From Candidatus Methylomirabilota bacterium (lineage in GTDB: Bacteria > Methylomirabilota > Methylomirabilia > Rokubacteriales > DASRDR01), in NCBI GenBank assembly GCA_036001225.1, contig DASYUM010000308.1, positions 540 through 64,539 of the forward strand: a DNA stretch of 64,000 nt, given 5' to 3'. The notes below the pieces were generated by a model. The model was not told where the DNA came from and made no database searches. It was given only the letters and a program-made list of their open reading frames with translations. Every line of letters begins with the position of its first letter. Position 1 is the stretch's first letter. The position numbers and the translations under genes are program-made. Positions 28,072 to 39,497 of this stretch are shown piece after piece.

Positions 28072-29148
28072 GTGAGCCGGCCTCCCGACCGCGCCGTCGC
28101 CTCGGTCGAGTTCCGCCGCGTCAGCAAGCGCTACGGCGCCGTCGTCGCCGTCGACGCCGTCTCCTTCATCATCGAGCCGGGGACGCTGGTGACCCTGCTG
28201 GGGCCGTCGGGCTGCGGCAAGACGACGACCCTCCGCCTCATCGCCGGCCTCGAGATCGCCAGCGAGGGCCAGATCCTGATCGGGGGCCGGGACGTCACGC
28301 GCCTGTCGGCCGCCGACCGGAACGTCAGCATGGTGTTCCAGTCCTACGCGCTCTTCCCGCACATGACCGTCCTGGAGAACGTCGCCTACGGCCCGCGCGT
28401 CTCCGGGATGCCGAAGGGCCAGGCCTACGCGCTGGCCCGGGGAAAGCTCGCCGTGGTCGGGCTCCAGGGCCTGGATGCCCGCCTGCCCTCCGAGCTGTCA
28501 GGCGGCCAGCAGCAGCGGGTGGCGGTGGCCCGGGCGCTCGTCCTGGAGCCGCTGGTGCTGCTCTTCGACGAGCCGCTGTCGAACCTGGACGCCAAGCTCC
28601 GCCGTCGCGTGCGCGACGACATCCGCGAGCTGCAGCAGAAGCTCGATCTCACCGTGGCCTACGTGACCCACGACCAGGAAGAGGCGCTGGCGGTCTCCGA
28701 CCGGATCATCGTCATGGCGAACGCGACGATTGCCCAGTCCGGCACGCCTCGCGAGCTGTACGAGGCGCCCGCCGACCTGTTCGTCGCCGACTTCGTCGGC
28801 GATTCCAACATCGTCGCGGCCGAGCTGGGGCCGCGGGACGGCGAGCGGGCGGCGGTCCGCATCGGCGACCTCGAGACGCGCCTCCCGCACCGCGGCGCGG
28901 CGCCGGGGCCGATCAAGGTCGCCATCCGGCCGGAGTCGCTCCTGCTGGCGACGGAACCGCCCGGCCGCCCGGCGATCAAGGGATCGGTCGCCAAGGCGGC
29001 CTACCTCGGCACCCACATGGAGTACACGGTGACCAGCGCGCTCGGCGCCCTCTTCGTCGTGGACCGCGCGGTGACGCGGCCGATTCCCGTCGGCAGCCCG
29101 GTCTGGATGGAGCTGGCCGACCATGGTGTTACGCTGATCCCGGCGTGA
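28072..29148 (+). CDS. ABC transporter ATP-binding protein (FbpC/AfuC-like)
   Basis: Walker A, signature, Walker B and a TOBE-like C-terminus. Confidence 0.85.
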   Translation: MSRPPDRAVASVEFRRVSKRYGAVVAVDAVSFIIEPGTLVTLLGPSGCGKTTTLRLIAGLEIASEGQILIGGRDVTRLSAADRNVSMVFQSYALFPHMTVLENVAYGPRVSGMPKGQAYALARGKLAVVGLQGLDARLPSELSGGQQQRVAVARALVLEPLVLLFDEPLSNLDAKLRRRVRDDIRELQQKLDLTVAYVTHDQEEALAVSDRIIVMANATIAQSGTPRELYEAPADLFVADFVGDSNIVAAELGPRDGERAAVRIGDLETRLPHRGAAPGPIKVAIRPESLLLATEPPGRPAIKGSVAKAAYLGTHMEYTVTSALGALFVVDRAVTRPIPVGSPVWMELADHGVTLIPA

Positions 29149-29211
29149 GCGGGGAGTGCCGTGGCCGATACCCGTCGCATCCCGTCGTCCTCGGTCGTCG
29201 GCGGGCCTCAA

Positions 29212-29226
29212 CGTATGCGGCATACG
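29212..29226. promoter_or_regulatory. Perfect 15-bp palindrome CGTATGC-G-GCATACG upstream of the SDR gene (candidate operator)
   Basis: Seen in the sequence. Its AT-richer composition is unusual for this genome. Confidence 0.25.
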
Positions 29227-29291
29227 CCTCGGCCCGCCTCCTCCCTGCGTCCTAGGGCTGCTCGGTTCTCGGCCACGGCTAGGGCAATGCC

Positions 29292-30047
29292 GTGCGGCTG
29301 AAGGACCGGGTCGCCATCGTGACCGGCGCCGCCAGCGGTCTCGGCCGGGCGATCGCGCAGGCCCTCGCGCGGGAGGGCGCGCGGGTGGCGATCCTCGACC
29401 TGAACGAGGCCGGCGCCGGCGAGACGGCCGAGACGATCCGAACGGCGGGCGGGGAGGCGCTCGCCCTCCGGGTCGACGTGACCGCGCGGCGGGAGATCGA
29501 AGCCGCGGTGGCCGAGGTCGTCGGCCGCTGGTCCACCGTCCACGTCCTGGTGAACAACGCCGGCTGGGACCGCCCCCTGCCGTTCCTCGAGACCGACGAG
29601 GCGTTCTGGGACCGAATCCTCGCGCTGAACCTGAAGGCCCACTTCCACATGGCCCAGGTGGTGCTGCCGCACATGATCCGCCAGGGGTCGGGCAAGGTCG
29701 TGGCGATCGCCTCCGATGCGGGACGAGTCGGCTCGACCGGCGAGGCGGTCTACTCGGCGGCCAAGGGTGGCGTGATCGCGTTCACCAAGACCCTCGCCCG
29801 CGAGATGGCGCGGCACCGGATCAACGTCAACTGCGTCTGCCCGGGCCCGTCGGAGACGCCGCTCTTCCAGAGCGAATTCACCGCCGGCCGCCCGGGGCTG
29901 GCCGACGCACTGAGGAAGGCGATCCCGTGGGGGCGTCTGGGGACGCCCGACGACGTGGCCGGGGCCGTCGTGTTCCTCGCCTCCGACGAGGCCGAGTTCA
30001 TCACCGGGCAGACGCTGTCGGTGTCGGGCGGCCTCACCATGGTCTGA
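29292..30047 (+). CDS. Short-chain dehydrogenase/reductase (FabG-like 3-oxoacyl reductase family)
   Basis: TGAASGLG cofactor motif, NNAG, and catalytic S...YSAAK. Confidence 0.8.
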   Translation: MRLKDRVAIVTGAASGLGRAIAQALAREGARVAILDLNEAGAGETAETIRTAGGEALALRVDVTARREIEAAVAEVVGRWSTVHVLVNNAGWDRPLPFLETDEAFWDRILALNLKAHFHMAQVVLPHMIRQGSGKVVAIASDAGRVGSTGEAVYSAAKGGVIAFTKTLAREMARHRINVNCVCPGPSETPLFQSEFTAGRPGLADALRKAIPWGRLGTPDDVAGAVVFLASDEAEFITGQTLSVSGGLTMV

Positions 30048-30062
30048 GCCTCGCGGACATCC

Positions 30063-31157
30063 GTGCGCATCAATCGATGGCTCGCCGTCCTCCTCATCGC
30101 GGCGAGCCTGGCCCTCCTCGTCCCCCTCGGCCTCTACCTCGGGCAGGACGTTCGGATCCGGCTGCACACGCTCGTCACCCTGGATCCGCCGCCGGCGCCC
30201 ACGGTCGTCCGCCACGGCAGCCACGCCCTCTCGGTGACCGGAGCGCTGGTGCGGGAGCGTGACGCCGGGCGGCTCGTCCTCCGGGCGTGGGCGCCGACGC
30301 CCACGCTCGAGGTGATCGAAGGCGGCCCCGGCCCGCTGACGGTCGTGGTCGAGAACCTCCCGCAGCGGGTGCGCCTCGAGGCCACTGGCCCGGTCGAGGA
30401 GGCGCGAAGCGGCACGACGCGCACGCTCACCTTCACGCCCGGGGCGACGCGGCGGCTCGGGTTCGTGGACCGCAGGCGGGAGGTAACCTTCGTGGCGCTC
30501 GGCGACACCGGCGACGACCCGACGTGGACCGAGGCGCTGCAGCTGGCGGCTCGCATGGGCGCCGACTTCTTCCTCCACCTGGGCGACCTGATCTACGAGG
30601 ACCAGCAGATGCCGGGCATCGCCCGGATCCTGGCCGCCGCGCCGGTGCCGGTCTACATGGTCCGCGGCAACCACGACTACCGGAATCAGGCGCGGATCGA
30701 CTTCATGCGCGCGCTGGGTCCGCCCTACTACCTGTTCCGGATGGGCGGCGCCACGTTCATCGTCCTGGACGACGCCGGTAACTACCTGCCGACGTTCTGG
30801 CGACGGAGCACGCAGTACCGCTGGTTCACCGGCGCCCTCGGCCTGCCGCGGGAGGGGCCGCTCTTCGTGGTGGCCCACAAGCCGCCGTTCGACCGGCGCC
30901 CCGACCACCGCGCCTACCTCGACGACGAGCCGTTCGCCCGCCAGCTCATGCAGGACTTCGCCCGGGCCGGCGTGGCGGCCGTGCTCACCGGCCACGTCCA
31001 CGCGACCCACTACTGGGTCCAGGACGGCATCCCCTACGTGGTGAGCGGGGAGGGCATGGATTCGCCCACCGGGCCGCGGCGCCACCGGCTGGCCTGGGTC
31101 CAGGTGCGGGGGCTCCAGGTGTCGATCGAGCAGATCCCGATCTGGGCCGCCCGCTGA
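30063..31157 (+). CDS. Calcineurin-like metallophosphoesterase with N-terminal signal/anchor
   Basis: GDTGDD, GDLIYED and GNHDY motifs. Confidence 0.7.
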   Translation: MRINRWLAVLLIAASLALLVPLGLYLGQDVRIRLHTLVTLDPPPAPTVVRHGSHALSVTGALVRERDAGRLVLRAWAPTPTLEVIEGGPGPLTVVVENLPQRVRLEATGPVEEARSGTTRTLTFTPGATRRLGFVDRRREVTFVALGDTGDDPTWTEALQLAARMGADFFLHLGDLIYEDQQMPGIARILAAAPVPVYMVRGNHDYRNQARIDFMRALGPPYYLFRMGGATFIVLDDAGNYLPTFWRRSTQYRWFTGALGLPREGPLFVVAHKPPFDRRPDHRAYLDDEPFARQLMQDFARAGVAAVLTGHVHATHYWVQDGIPYVVSGEGMDSPTGPRRHRLAWVQVRGLQVSIEQIPIWAAR

Positions 31158-31287
31158 CCGCGCGATCTCCACGTTCTTCCTCGCGCTGGCGGCGCCCGGC
31201 GCGCTGGACGACGGCCGCCTCGATCCCGGCGACGTCCAAGCGCTGGCGACCGCGCGCGTGACCTTCAGCCCGTAGACGGCGCGGCGG

Positions 31288-32178
31288 CTATAGGCCCGCG
31301 CTCGTGACAGCGCGGCGAAGGTTGGTGGCGCCGAGCTTCGCGTAGGTCAGCGGGTGGGCGACGGCCGGGTCCTGCTCGGCCTCGACGACCAGCCAGCCCG
31401 CGTAGCCGGCGGCCTCGAGCGCGGCGAGCAGGGCGCCGTAGTCCACGCAGCCGTCGCCGGGGACGGTGAAGACCCCGGCGACCACGGCGTCGAGGAAGCT
31501 CTGATCCCGCCGGCGCGCGTCGGCCAGCACCGCCAAGCGCACGTCCTTGCAGTGGACGTGGATGATCCGCCGCCCGTGGCGCCGGGCCACGCCCGCCACG
31601 TCGCCGCCGGCGTAGGTCAGGTGGCCGGTGTCGAGCAGGAGCCCCACCGCCTCGCCGGTCACGGCCATGAGCCGGTCGATCTCGGCCTCGGTCTCCACCA
31701 CGGTGCCCATGTGGTGGTGGTAGGCCAGGCGGACCCCGCGGCCGCGCAGGTGCTCGGCGACCTCGGTCAGCGCCTCGCCGAATCGACGCCACGCCTCGTT
31801 GCCCGGGAGGCGCGGCCGTTGTGAGAGCGGGACGTCTCGCCGGGCCTGGACGCTCCCGGCCTCTTCGGCGAAGACCATGACCTGGCAGCCCATCTCGGCG
31901 AGCAGCGTGAGGTGCTCCTCGACCGCGGCGATCTCTTCCTTCACCGAGCGGACGAGGAGCTGGGCCCCGTACCAGCCGGAGACGAGGGCGAGGCCATGGC
32001 GCGCGAGGATCGGGCGCAACTCGGCCGCCCGGCGGGGGAACTTGCGCCCCAGCTCGATCCCCTCGTAGCCGGCTTCGCGCGCCTCCCGGAGGCACACCTC
32101 GAGCGGCGTGTCGCCGCCGAGCTCCTCGAGGTCGTCGTTGGTCCAGCCGATCGGGTTGACGCCGAGGCGCACCGCCAC
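31288..32178 (-). CDS. iolE: Myo-inosose-2 dehydratase
   Basis: Strong match to the IolE blocks NPIGWTNDD, HHHMGT, GVFTVPGDGCVDY and GWLVVEAEQDPAVAHPLTYA. Confidence 0.85.
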   Translation of the reverse strand: MAVRLGVNPIGWTNDDLEELGGDTPLEVCLREAREAGYEGIELGRKFPRRAAELRPILARHGLALVSGWYGAQLLVRSVKEEIAAVEEHLTLLAEMGCQVMVFAEEAGSVQARRDVPLSQRPRLPGNEAWRRFGEALTEVAEHLRGRGVRLAYHHHMGTVVETEAEIDRLMAVTGEAVGLLLDTGHLTYAGGDVAGVARRHGRRIIHVHCKDVRLAVLADARRRDQSFLDAVVAGVFTVPGDGCVDYGALLAALEAAGYAGWLVVEAEQDPAVAHPLTYAKLGATNLRRAVTSAGL

Positions 32179-32279
32179 CGCGGTCAGTCGGGCCGGGGGG
32201 GAGCTGCGCGCTCCTCCCCCGGACCCCCCCTCCGGGTCTGTCGTTGCCTACCCATCGTGGCCGCGTCTCGCACTGCGTT

Positions 32280-34121
<1,842 letters not shown>

Positions 34122-34230
34122 GGGAATCCTCCGCTCCTCGAGGTGTGCGCGGCCGACGATTTCGGATACTATAGTGCGTCGTTCGGCGAACCTCAACCTC
34201 CGGCCGCCAGTCGTCCAACGGGAGGCAGCG

Positions 34231-35256
34231 ATGGTGACGAGACTCGGCGCGAGTGCGCTCCTGATCGTCGGGCTGTGGGCAGGGTGGCCGACGTCGCCGG
34301 CCGCGGCCCAGGGCCGGGTAAACCTGCTCTGCAGCCCCGACCCCGCCTGGTGCGAGGCGGTGAAGCGCGACTTCAACAAGGCCACCGGCATCCAGACCGA
34401 GTTCGTCCGGCTCAGCTCGGGCGCGGCCCTCGCCCGCATCCGGGCCGAGAAGGCCAATCCGACCTTCGACGTCTGGTTCGGCGGGAGCGGGGACTCCCAC
34501 TGGGTCGCCCAGGCGGAAGGCCTGCTCGAGTTCCTCCGCCCCAAGGCGTGGGGCGAGCTGCGCCCGAATCTCACCCGGGCCGTGGACGGTCACTACATCC
34601 CGCTCTACACGGGACTCCACGGCTTCGGCGTCAACGACAAGCTCCTCCAGGAGAAGCAGCTGCCGGTCCCGGCGACCTGGAAGGAGCTGGGTGACCCGAA
34701 GTACAAGGGCCTGATCGCCATGCCGAACCCGAACACGTCGGGCACCGGTTACGTGATGATGACGACGATCGTCCAGATTTACGGGGAGGAGCCGGGGTTC
34801 GAGCTGCTCAAGGCGATCCACAAGAACGTCGCCCAGTACACGCGGAGCGGCGGCGACCCGAGCCTGCTGGCCGGCCGGGGCGAGGTCGCGGTCGGCGTCT
34901 CCTTCGCCAACGACGTCGTGGAGCGGGCGCGCAAGGCCTTTCCCATCCGCTTCGTGGCGCCCAAGGATGGGACCGGCTACGAGATCGGCGCGCTCAGTCT
35001 CGTGAAGGGCGCGCCCAACCGCGCGAACGCGCTCCGCCTCATCGACTGGGCGCTCGAGCCCGAGAGCCAGAAGCTCGGCCCCCAGAACGGCGAGGTCAGC
35101 GTGCAATCGAACGCCCGGACCCCCGTCGCCCCGGACGTCCCGCGCTTCGAGGACGCCAAGCTCGTCGACTACGACTTCGGCAAGTACGGGACGCCGGCTG
35201 TCCGCGACGCGCTGATCAAGCGCTGGACGGAGCAGATCTTCCCGATCCCGCGCTGA
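34231..35256 (+). CDS. AfuA/FbpA-like substrate-binding protein, paralog 3
   Basis: GGAGG RBS. Same architecture as 23810 and 27039. It is divergently transcribed from iolD. Confidence 0.75.
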   Translation: MVTRLGASALLIVGLWAGWPTSPAAAQGRVNLLCSPDPAWCEAVKRDFNKATGIQTEFVRLSSGAALARIRAEKANPTFDVWFGGSGDSHWVAQAEGLLEFLRPKAWGELRPNLTRAVDGHYIPLYTGLHGFGVNDKLLQEKQLPVPATWKELGDPKYKGLIAMPNPNTSGTGYVMMTTIVQIYGEEPGFELLKAIHKNVAQYTRSGGDPSLLAGRGEVAVGVSFANDVVERARKAFPIRFVAPKDGTGYEIGALSLVKGAPNRANALRLIDWALEPESQKLGPQNGEVSVQSNARTPVAPDVPRFEDAKLVDYDFGKYGTPAVRDALIKRWTEQIFPIPR

Positions 35257-35269
35257 CACCCGTCGGCGC

Positions 35270-37444
35270 ATGAGGCACGCGGCGCCGGCCTGGTGGGCCG
35301 GGCTCGGCCTGGCCGCTTTCGCGCTCGCGCCGTGGGCTCGCGGCGTGAGCGGCTGGCCGGGGTCGACGGGCCTCGCGCTCGCCGGCCGGACGTGGGCGGC
35401 GGTCGGCATCGGCCTGGCGTTGCTAGCGGGTCTGGGGCTGGGCCTCGGGCCATGGGGCCGGGTGCAGGCCGGCCGCATCCTGGTCGCGGCCGGGGGCGTC
35501 GGCTCCGCGCTCGCGCTCGGCCTCGTCTTCGCGCGTGGCGAGCCGTTCGGTGCTGGCGCGCTCCTGAGCACGCTGAGCCTCCTCACTCTGGCCGGCCTCG
35601 GGCTGGGCCAGGCGGGGCTCGTGCGCGGAGGCGGGTTCGTCGGCGCCGCGATCCTGGGAGCGAGCCTGCTCGTCGGGCTGTTCGTCGTCTACCCGCTGGC
35701 CGCCGTGCTGCACGCGAGCGTCGCCGTCGGAGGCCGGCTCACGACCGGCCCGCTGGTCAAGACCGTCACCTCGCCGGTCTTCCTCCTGCTCGCCCACGAG
35801 GCCCTGCCGGTCGCGCCGGGCGTGGTGGCGCTGGCGGGGGCTGTGCTCGGTCTGGCGCTCGGGAGCGCGCCGGTCCTGGCCGGCCGCCGGCCGACCGGGG
35901 CCGCGATCCGGCGACTCGTCCTCCTCGTCGGGGGCGGCGCGCTGGTCGGGCTTCTGCTCGGCGCGCGCGGGGCGCTTCGCAACAGCCTGCTCCTGGCCGG
36001 CGCCGTCGGGGTCGCCAGCACCGCCCTCGGCCTCGCGTTCGCCCTGCTCGACGCCCGTAGCCGGCTGCCGACCCGCCGCTGGCTCGCGCCGCTCTCGGCG
36101 CTGCCGATCATCACGCCCGCCTTCGTCCTGGGACTCGCCTTCATCTACCTGTTCGGCCGGCGCGGGTCCGTCACCCACGGGCTCCTGGGCCTCGACACCG
36201 GCGCCTTCTTCGGGCCGCTCGGCGTCGCCGTGGCCCAGGTCATGGCCTTCACCCCGATCGCGTTCCTCGTGCTGGCGGGCGTCGTGCGCTCCCTGGACGC
36301 CGCGCTCGAGGAGGCCGCCCAGACCTTGCGCGCCACGCCGGGAGCGCTGCTGCGGACGGTGACGTGGCCGCTGCTCCGCCCAGGCCTCGCCAACGCCCTC
36401 CTGCTCGTCATGATCGAGAGCCTGGCCGACTTCGGGAACCCACTCTTGCTCGGCGGGGGGGTGCCGTTCCTCTCGACCGAGGTCTTCCTGGCCATCGAGG
36501 GTCGCTTCGATCCCCACGAGGCGGCTGTCTACGGCCTGGTGCTCCTCACGCTGGTGCTCGCGCTCTTTCTCCTCCAGCGGCGCTGGCTCGGCGACGTCTC
36601 CTTCGTCACCATTACCGGGCGGCCGAGCGGAGGCCGGCCGGTTCCGCTGCCCCGCGCGCTCGACGCCGGGCTCACCGGCCTCTTCGTCGTCTATGCCGCG
36701 CTGGCTATGCTCCTCTACGGCTCGCTCTTCCTCGGCGGCTTCGTGCGCGTCTGGGGGATCGACCACCGCTTCACGCTCGACCATTACCGCGGGCTGGCGA
36801 CGGCGGGGCTCCCGGTGCTCCTGGAGACCGCGCGGCTCGCGGCCGTGGCCGCCATCCCGGCGGCGCTCCTCGGCTTCCTCATCGCCTACCTGACGACGCG
36901 CCATCGGTTCGCCGGCCGCACGGCGCTCGAGTTCTCCGCGTTGCTCTCGTACGCGGCGCCCGGCACCGTGATGGGGATCGGCTACATCCTGGCCTTCAAC
37001 CAGGGCGGCCTTCGACTGACCGGGACGGCGGCCATCCTGGTGCTGGCGTTCATGTTCCGGGGGATGCCGGTCGGCATCCGGAGCGGCATGGCGGCCCTGG
37101 CCCAGATCGATCGCACGCTGGAAGAGGCCTCGTCGCTGCTCCGGGCGGATGTGCCGGCGACCCTCCGTCGCGTGCTGGTGCCCCTGGTATTGCCGGCGCT
37201 GGTGACCGGTCTCCTCTACTGCTTCATCCGGGCCATGACCGGGGTGAGCCAGGTCATCTTCCTCGTCTCCCCGGGCCACGACCTGGCCACCGTGCTCATC
37301 CTCTCGTGGGCCGAGTACGGTCACCTCGGCCGCGGCGCGGCGCTGGCCTCGCTGCTCGTACTCTTCCTGGCCGCGGTCCTCCTCCCGGCGGAGCGGCTCG
37401 GCCGGCGCCGGCGGCTTCCGTCGGTGGCTGCCGGGGGCGGCTAG
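35270..37444 (+). CDS. Fused two-domain ABC permease (FbpB-like), paralog of 24889-27039
   Basis: 724 aa with two EAA loops (LEEAAQTLRA, LEEASSLLRA). Confidence 0.8.
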   Translation: MRHAAPAWWAGLGLAAFALAPWARGVSGWPGSTGLALAGRTWAAVGIGLALLAGLGLGLGPWGRVQAGRILVAAGGVGSALALGLVFARGEPFGAGALLSTLSLLTLAGLGLGQAGLVRGGGFVGAAILGASLLVGLFVVYPLAAVLHASVAVGGRLTTGPLVKTVTSPVFLLLAHEALPVAPGVVALAGAVLGLALGSAPVLAGRRPTGAAIRRLVLLVGGGALVGLLLGARGALRNSLLLAGAVGVASTALGLAFALLDARSRLPTRRWLAPLSALPIITPAFVLGLAFIYLFGRRGSVTHGLLGLDTGAFFGPLGVAVAQVMAFTPIAFLVLAGVVRSLDAALEEAAQTLRATPGALLRTVTWPLLRPGLANALLLVMIESLADFGNPLLLGGGVPFLSTEVFLAIEGRFDPHEAAVYGLVLLTLVLALFLLQRRWLGDVSFVTITGRPSGGRPVPLPRALDAGLTGLFVVYAALAMLLYGSLFLGGFVRVWGIDHRFTLDHYRGLATAGLPVLLETARLAAVAAIPAALLGFLIAYLTTRHRFAGRTALEFSALLSYAAPGTVMGIGYILAFNQGGLRLTGTAAILVLAFMFRGMPVGIRSGMAALAQIDRTLEEASSLLRADVPATLRRVLVPLVLPALVTGLLYCFIRAMTGVSQVIFLVSPGHDLATVLILSWAEYGHLGRGAALASLLVLFLAAVLLPAERLGRRRRLPSVAAGGG

Positions 37445-37448
37445 CCCG

Positions 37449-38540
37449 ATGGCGGACGAGGCGGTCCGCGTCGTCCTGGAGGGCATCGCCAAGCGTTTCG
37501 GCGCGACCATCGCCGCCGACGACATCAGCCTCGCCGTCGAGCCGGGCGAGCTGCTCACCCTGCTCGGGCCCTCGGGCTGCGGGAAGACGACCACGCTGCG
37601 GATCGTGGCCGGCCTCGAGGTGCCGTCGGCGGGCCGGGTGTGGATCGGCGGGGCCGATGTGACCGACCTGCCGCCGCACGCGCGCGACGTCAGCATGGTC
37701 TTCCAGAGCTACGCGCTGTTCCCGCACCTGACGGTGTTCGAGAACGTGGCCTATGGGCCCCGCATCCTGCGGCGGCCGGCGGCCGAGATCCGGCGCGCGG
37801 TGGCGGAGGCGCTCGCGCTGACCGGGCTCGAGGGGCTGGAGGACCGCGCCCCCGCCGCCCTCTCGGGCGGGCAGCAGCAGCGGGTGGCCCTGGCCCGGGC
37901 GCTGGCCCTCCGTCCCAAGGTGCTGCTGTTCGACGAGCCGCTCTCCAACCTGGACGCGAAGCTGCGCAAGCGCATGCGGGGGGACATCCGGCTCCTCCAG
38001 CAGCGGCTCGGGATCACCGCCCTCTACGTCACCCACGATCAGGCCGAGGCCCTCGCGATCTCCGACCGCATCGCGGTGATGGACCGCGGCCGCATCCATC
38101 AGCTGGGGACCGCCACCGACGTCTACACGCGGCCGGCCACCCGGTTCGTCGCCGACTTCATCGGGGAGGCGAGCTTCCTCCCCGCTCGCGTCGTCGCGCG
38201 CGACGGCACTGCAGCGCGCGTGGCGGTTGGCCCGATCACGCTCAGCCTCGGCGATCCGGCCGCCCCGGGACCGGTGACGCTCGTCGTGCGACCCGAGGCG
38301 GTCGCGATCCAGCCCGCGCGTCCCGGTCCGCCGCCGGCGGCCGGCCTGCCCGGCCGCATCGAGCGCGCGGCCTACCTCGGCGGGGCCGGGGAGTACCTGG
38401 TGGCGACGGACGTGGGGCCGGTGGCGGTCAGCGATGCCCTGATGGCCGACGGACTGCTCGCGGCGGGGACCGCCGTCTGGCTGACGTTCTCGCCCCGCGG
38501 CCTGGCCCTCCTCCGCGAGGGCGGCAGTGAGGGCGCGTGA
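37449..38540 (+). CDS. ABC transporter ATP-binding protein (FbpC-like)
   Basis: Walker A GPSGCGKTT and the other canonical motifs. Confidence 0.85.
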   Translation: MADEAVRVVLEGIAKRFGATIAADDISLAVEPGELLTLLGPSGCGKTTTLRIVAGLEVPSAGRVWIGGADVTDLPPHARDVSMVFQSYALFPHLTVFENVAYGPRILRRPAAEIRRAVAEALALTGLEGLEDRAPAALSGGQQQRVALARALALRPKVLLFDEPLSNLDAKLRKRMRGDIRLLQQRLGITALYVTHDQAEALAISDRIAVMDRGRIHQLGTATDVYTRPATRFVADFIGEASFLPARVVARDGTAARVAVGPITLSLGDPAAPGPVTLVVRPEAVAIQPARPGPPPAAGLPGRIERAAYLGGAGEYLVATDVGPVAVSDALMADGLLAAGTAVWLTFSPRGLALLREGGSEGA

Positions 38541-38563
38541 AGGGCTGGGCACGTGCGAGGATC

Positions 38564-38612
38564 GGTCCCCCCTCCCCCCGGTGGGTGGGGAGGGGTCGGG
38601 GGTGGGGGTGGT
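38564..38612 (+). other. C-rich/G-rich hairpin followed by a run of G-tracts (GGGTGGGGAGGGGTCGGGGGTGGGGGTGG) with G-quadruplex potential, in the 5' UTR of the TIM-barrel gene
   Basis: Seen directly. There are five G3-5 tracts separated by 1-2 nt. Confidence 0.4.
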
Positions 38613-38622
38613 TTCGGTTGAT

Positions 38623-39497
38623 ATGATGGCCGCCGTGCCGACCCTCGGCGTCAGCACGTGGATCTACGGCGACGCGCCGCTCGACGAGACCTGGGCCGCA
38701 TCGCGGCCGCCGGCTACGACGGCGTCGAGCTGCTCGGCGAGCCAGAGCGGTGGGAGGCACCGGAGGTTCGCCGCCTGCTCGCCCGGCACCGGCTGGCGCC
38801 CCTCGCCCTCACCGCCTCGTGCCCGGTGCCGGCGACCCGCCGGGACCTGGCGCACCCCGATCCGGCCGTCCGGGAAGAGGCGGTCGTTTACCTGGCGCGG
38901 TGTCTTTCGTTCGCGGCAGCCATCGGCGCCCCGCTGGCCCAGATGCTGCCGTCGGGTGAGACACGCCTGGCCCCGCTGGTCAGCCAGGAAGCGGAGTGGG
39001 CGTGGTCGGTCGAAGCGATGCGCGCCGCCGCGCGGGTGGCCGAGCGGCTCCGGGTGCGCATCGCGATCGAGCCTCTGAACCGCTACGAGGCGTACCTCGT
39101 GACGAGCGTCGCCGAGGCGCTGGCTTACGTCGAGGCGGTGGGCTCGCCGGCCCTCGGCCTCACCCTCGACCTCTTCCACGCGAACTTCGAGGAGCCCGAC
39201 ATCCCGGCCGCCATCCGGGCGGCCGCCGACCGGCTCTGGCATGTCCAGGTCGCCGACTCGAACCGCCAGGGACTCGGGCGCGGGCACCTGGACCTGTCGG
39301 TCTGCCTGGCGGCGCTGCGCGAGATCGGCTACGCCGGCGCCCTCGTGCTGGAGGTGCTGCCGCCCGGGCCCGACCCGTTCCGGCCGATCAAGGACGCGCG
39401 GTCGGCCGGGATCCTCGACGGGTACCTCCGCGAATCGCGACGGCACCTGCAGGCGCACGGGATGGGGGTCCGGCCGGCGCCGTCGACGGCCTCATGA
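38623..39497 (+). pseudogene. Xylose-isomerase-like TIM-barrel sugar-phosphate isomerase/epimerase, with an apparent 1-nt frameshift near 38690
   Basis: The N-terminus MMAAVPTLGVSTWIYGDAPLDE is in frame with the ATG at 38623. The remainder (GRIAAAGYDGVELL...) is in the adjacent frame. The shift sits at the homopolymer gag-acc(c)-tgg. Confidence 0.5.

Noticed and set aside
34122-34230. TATAGT -10-like hexamer in the iolD/SBP divergent intergenic region as a defined promoter.
   Set aside because: No convincing -35 partner was found, so it was not listed as a feature.
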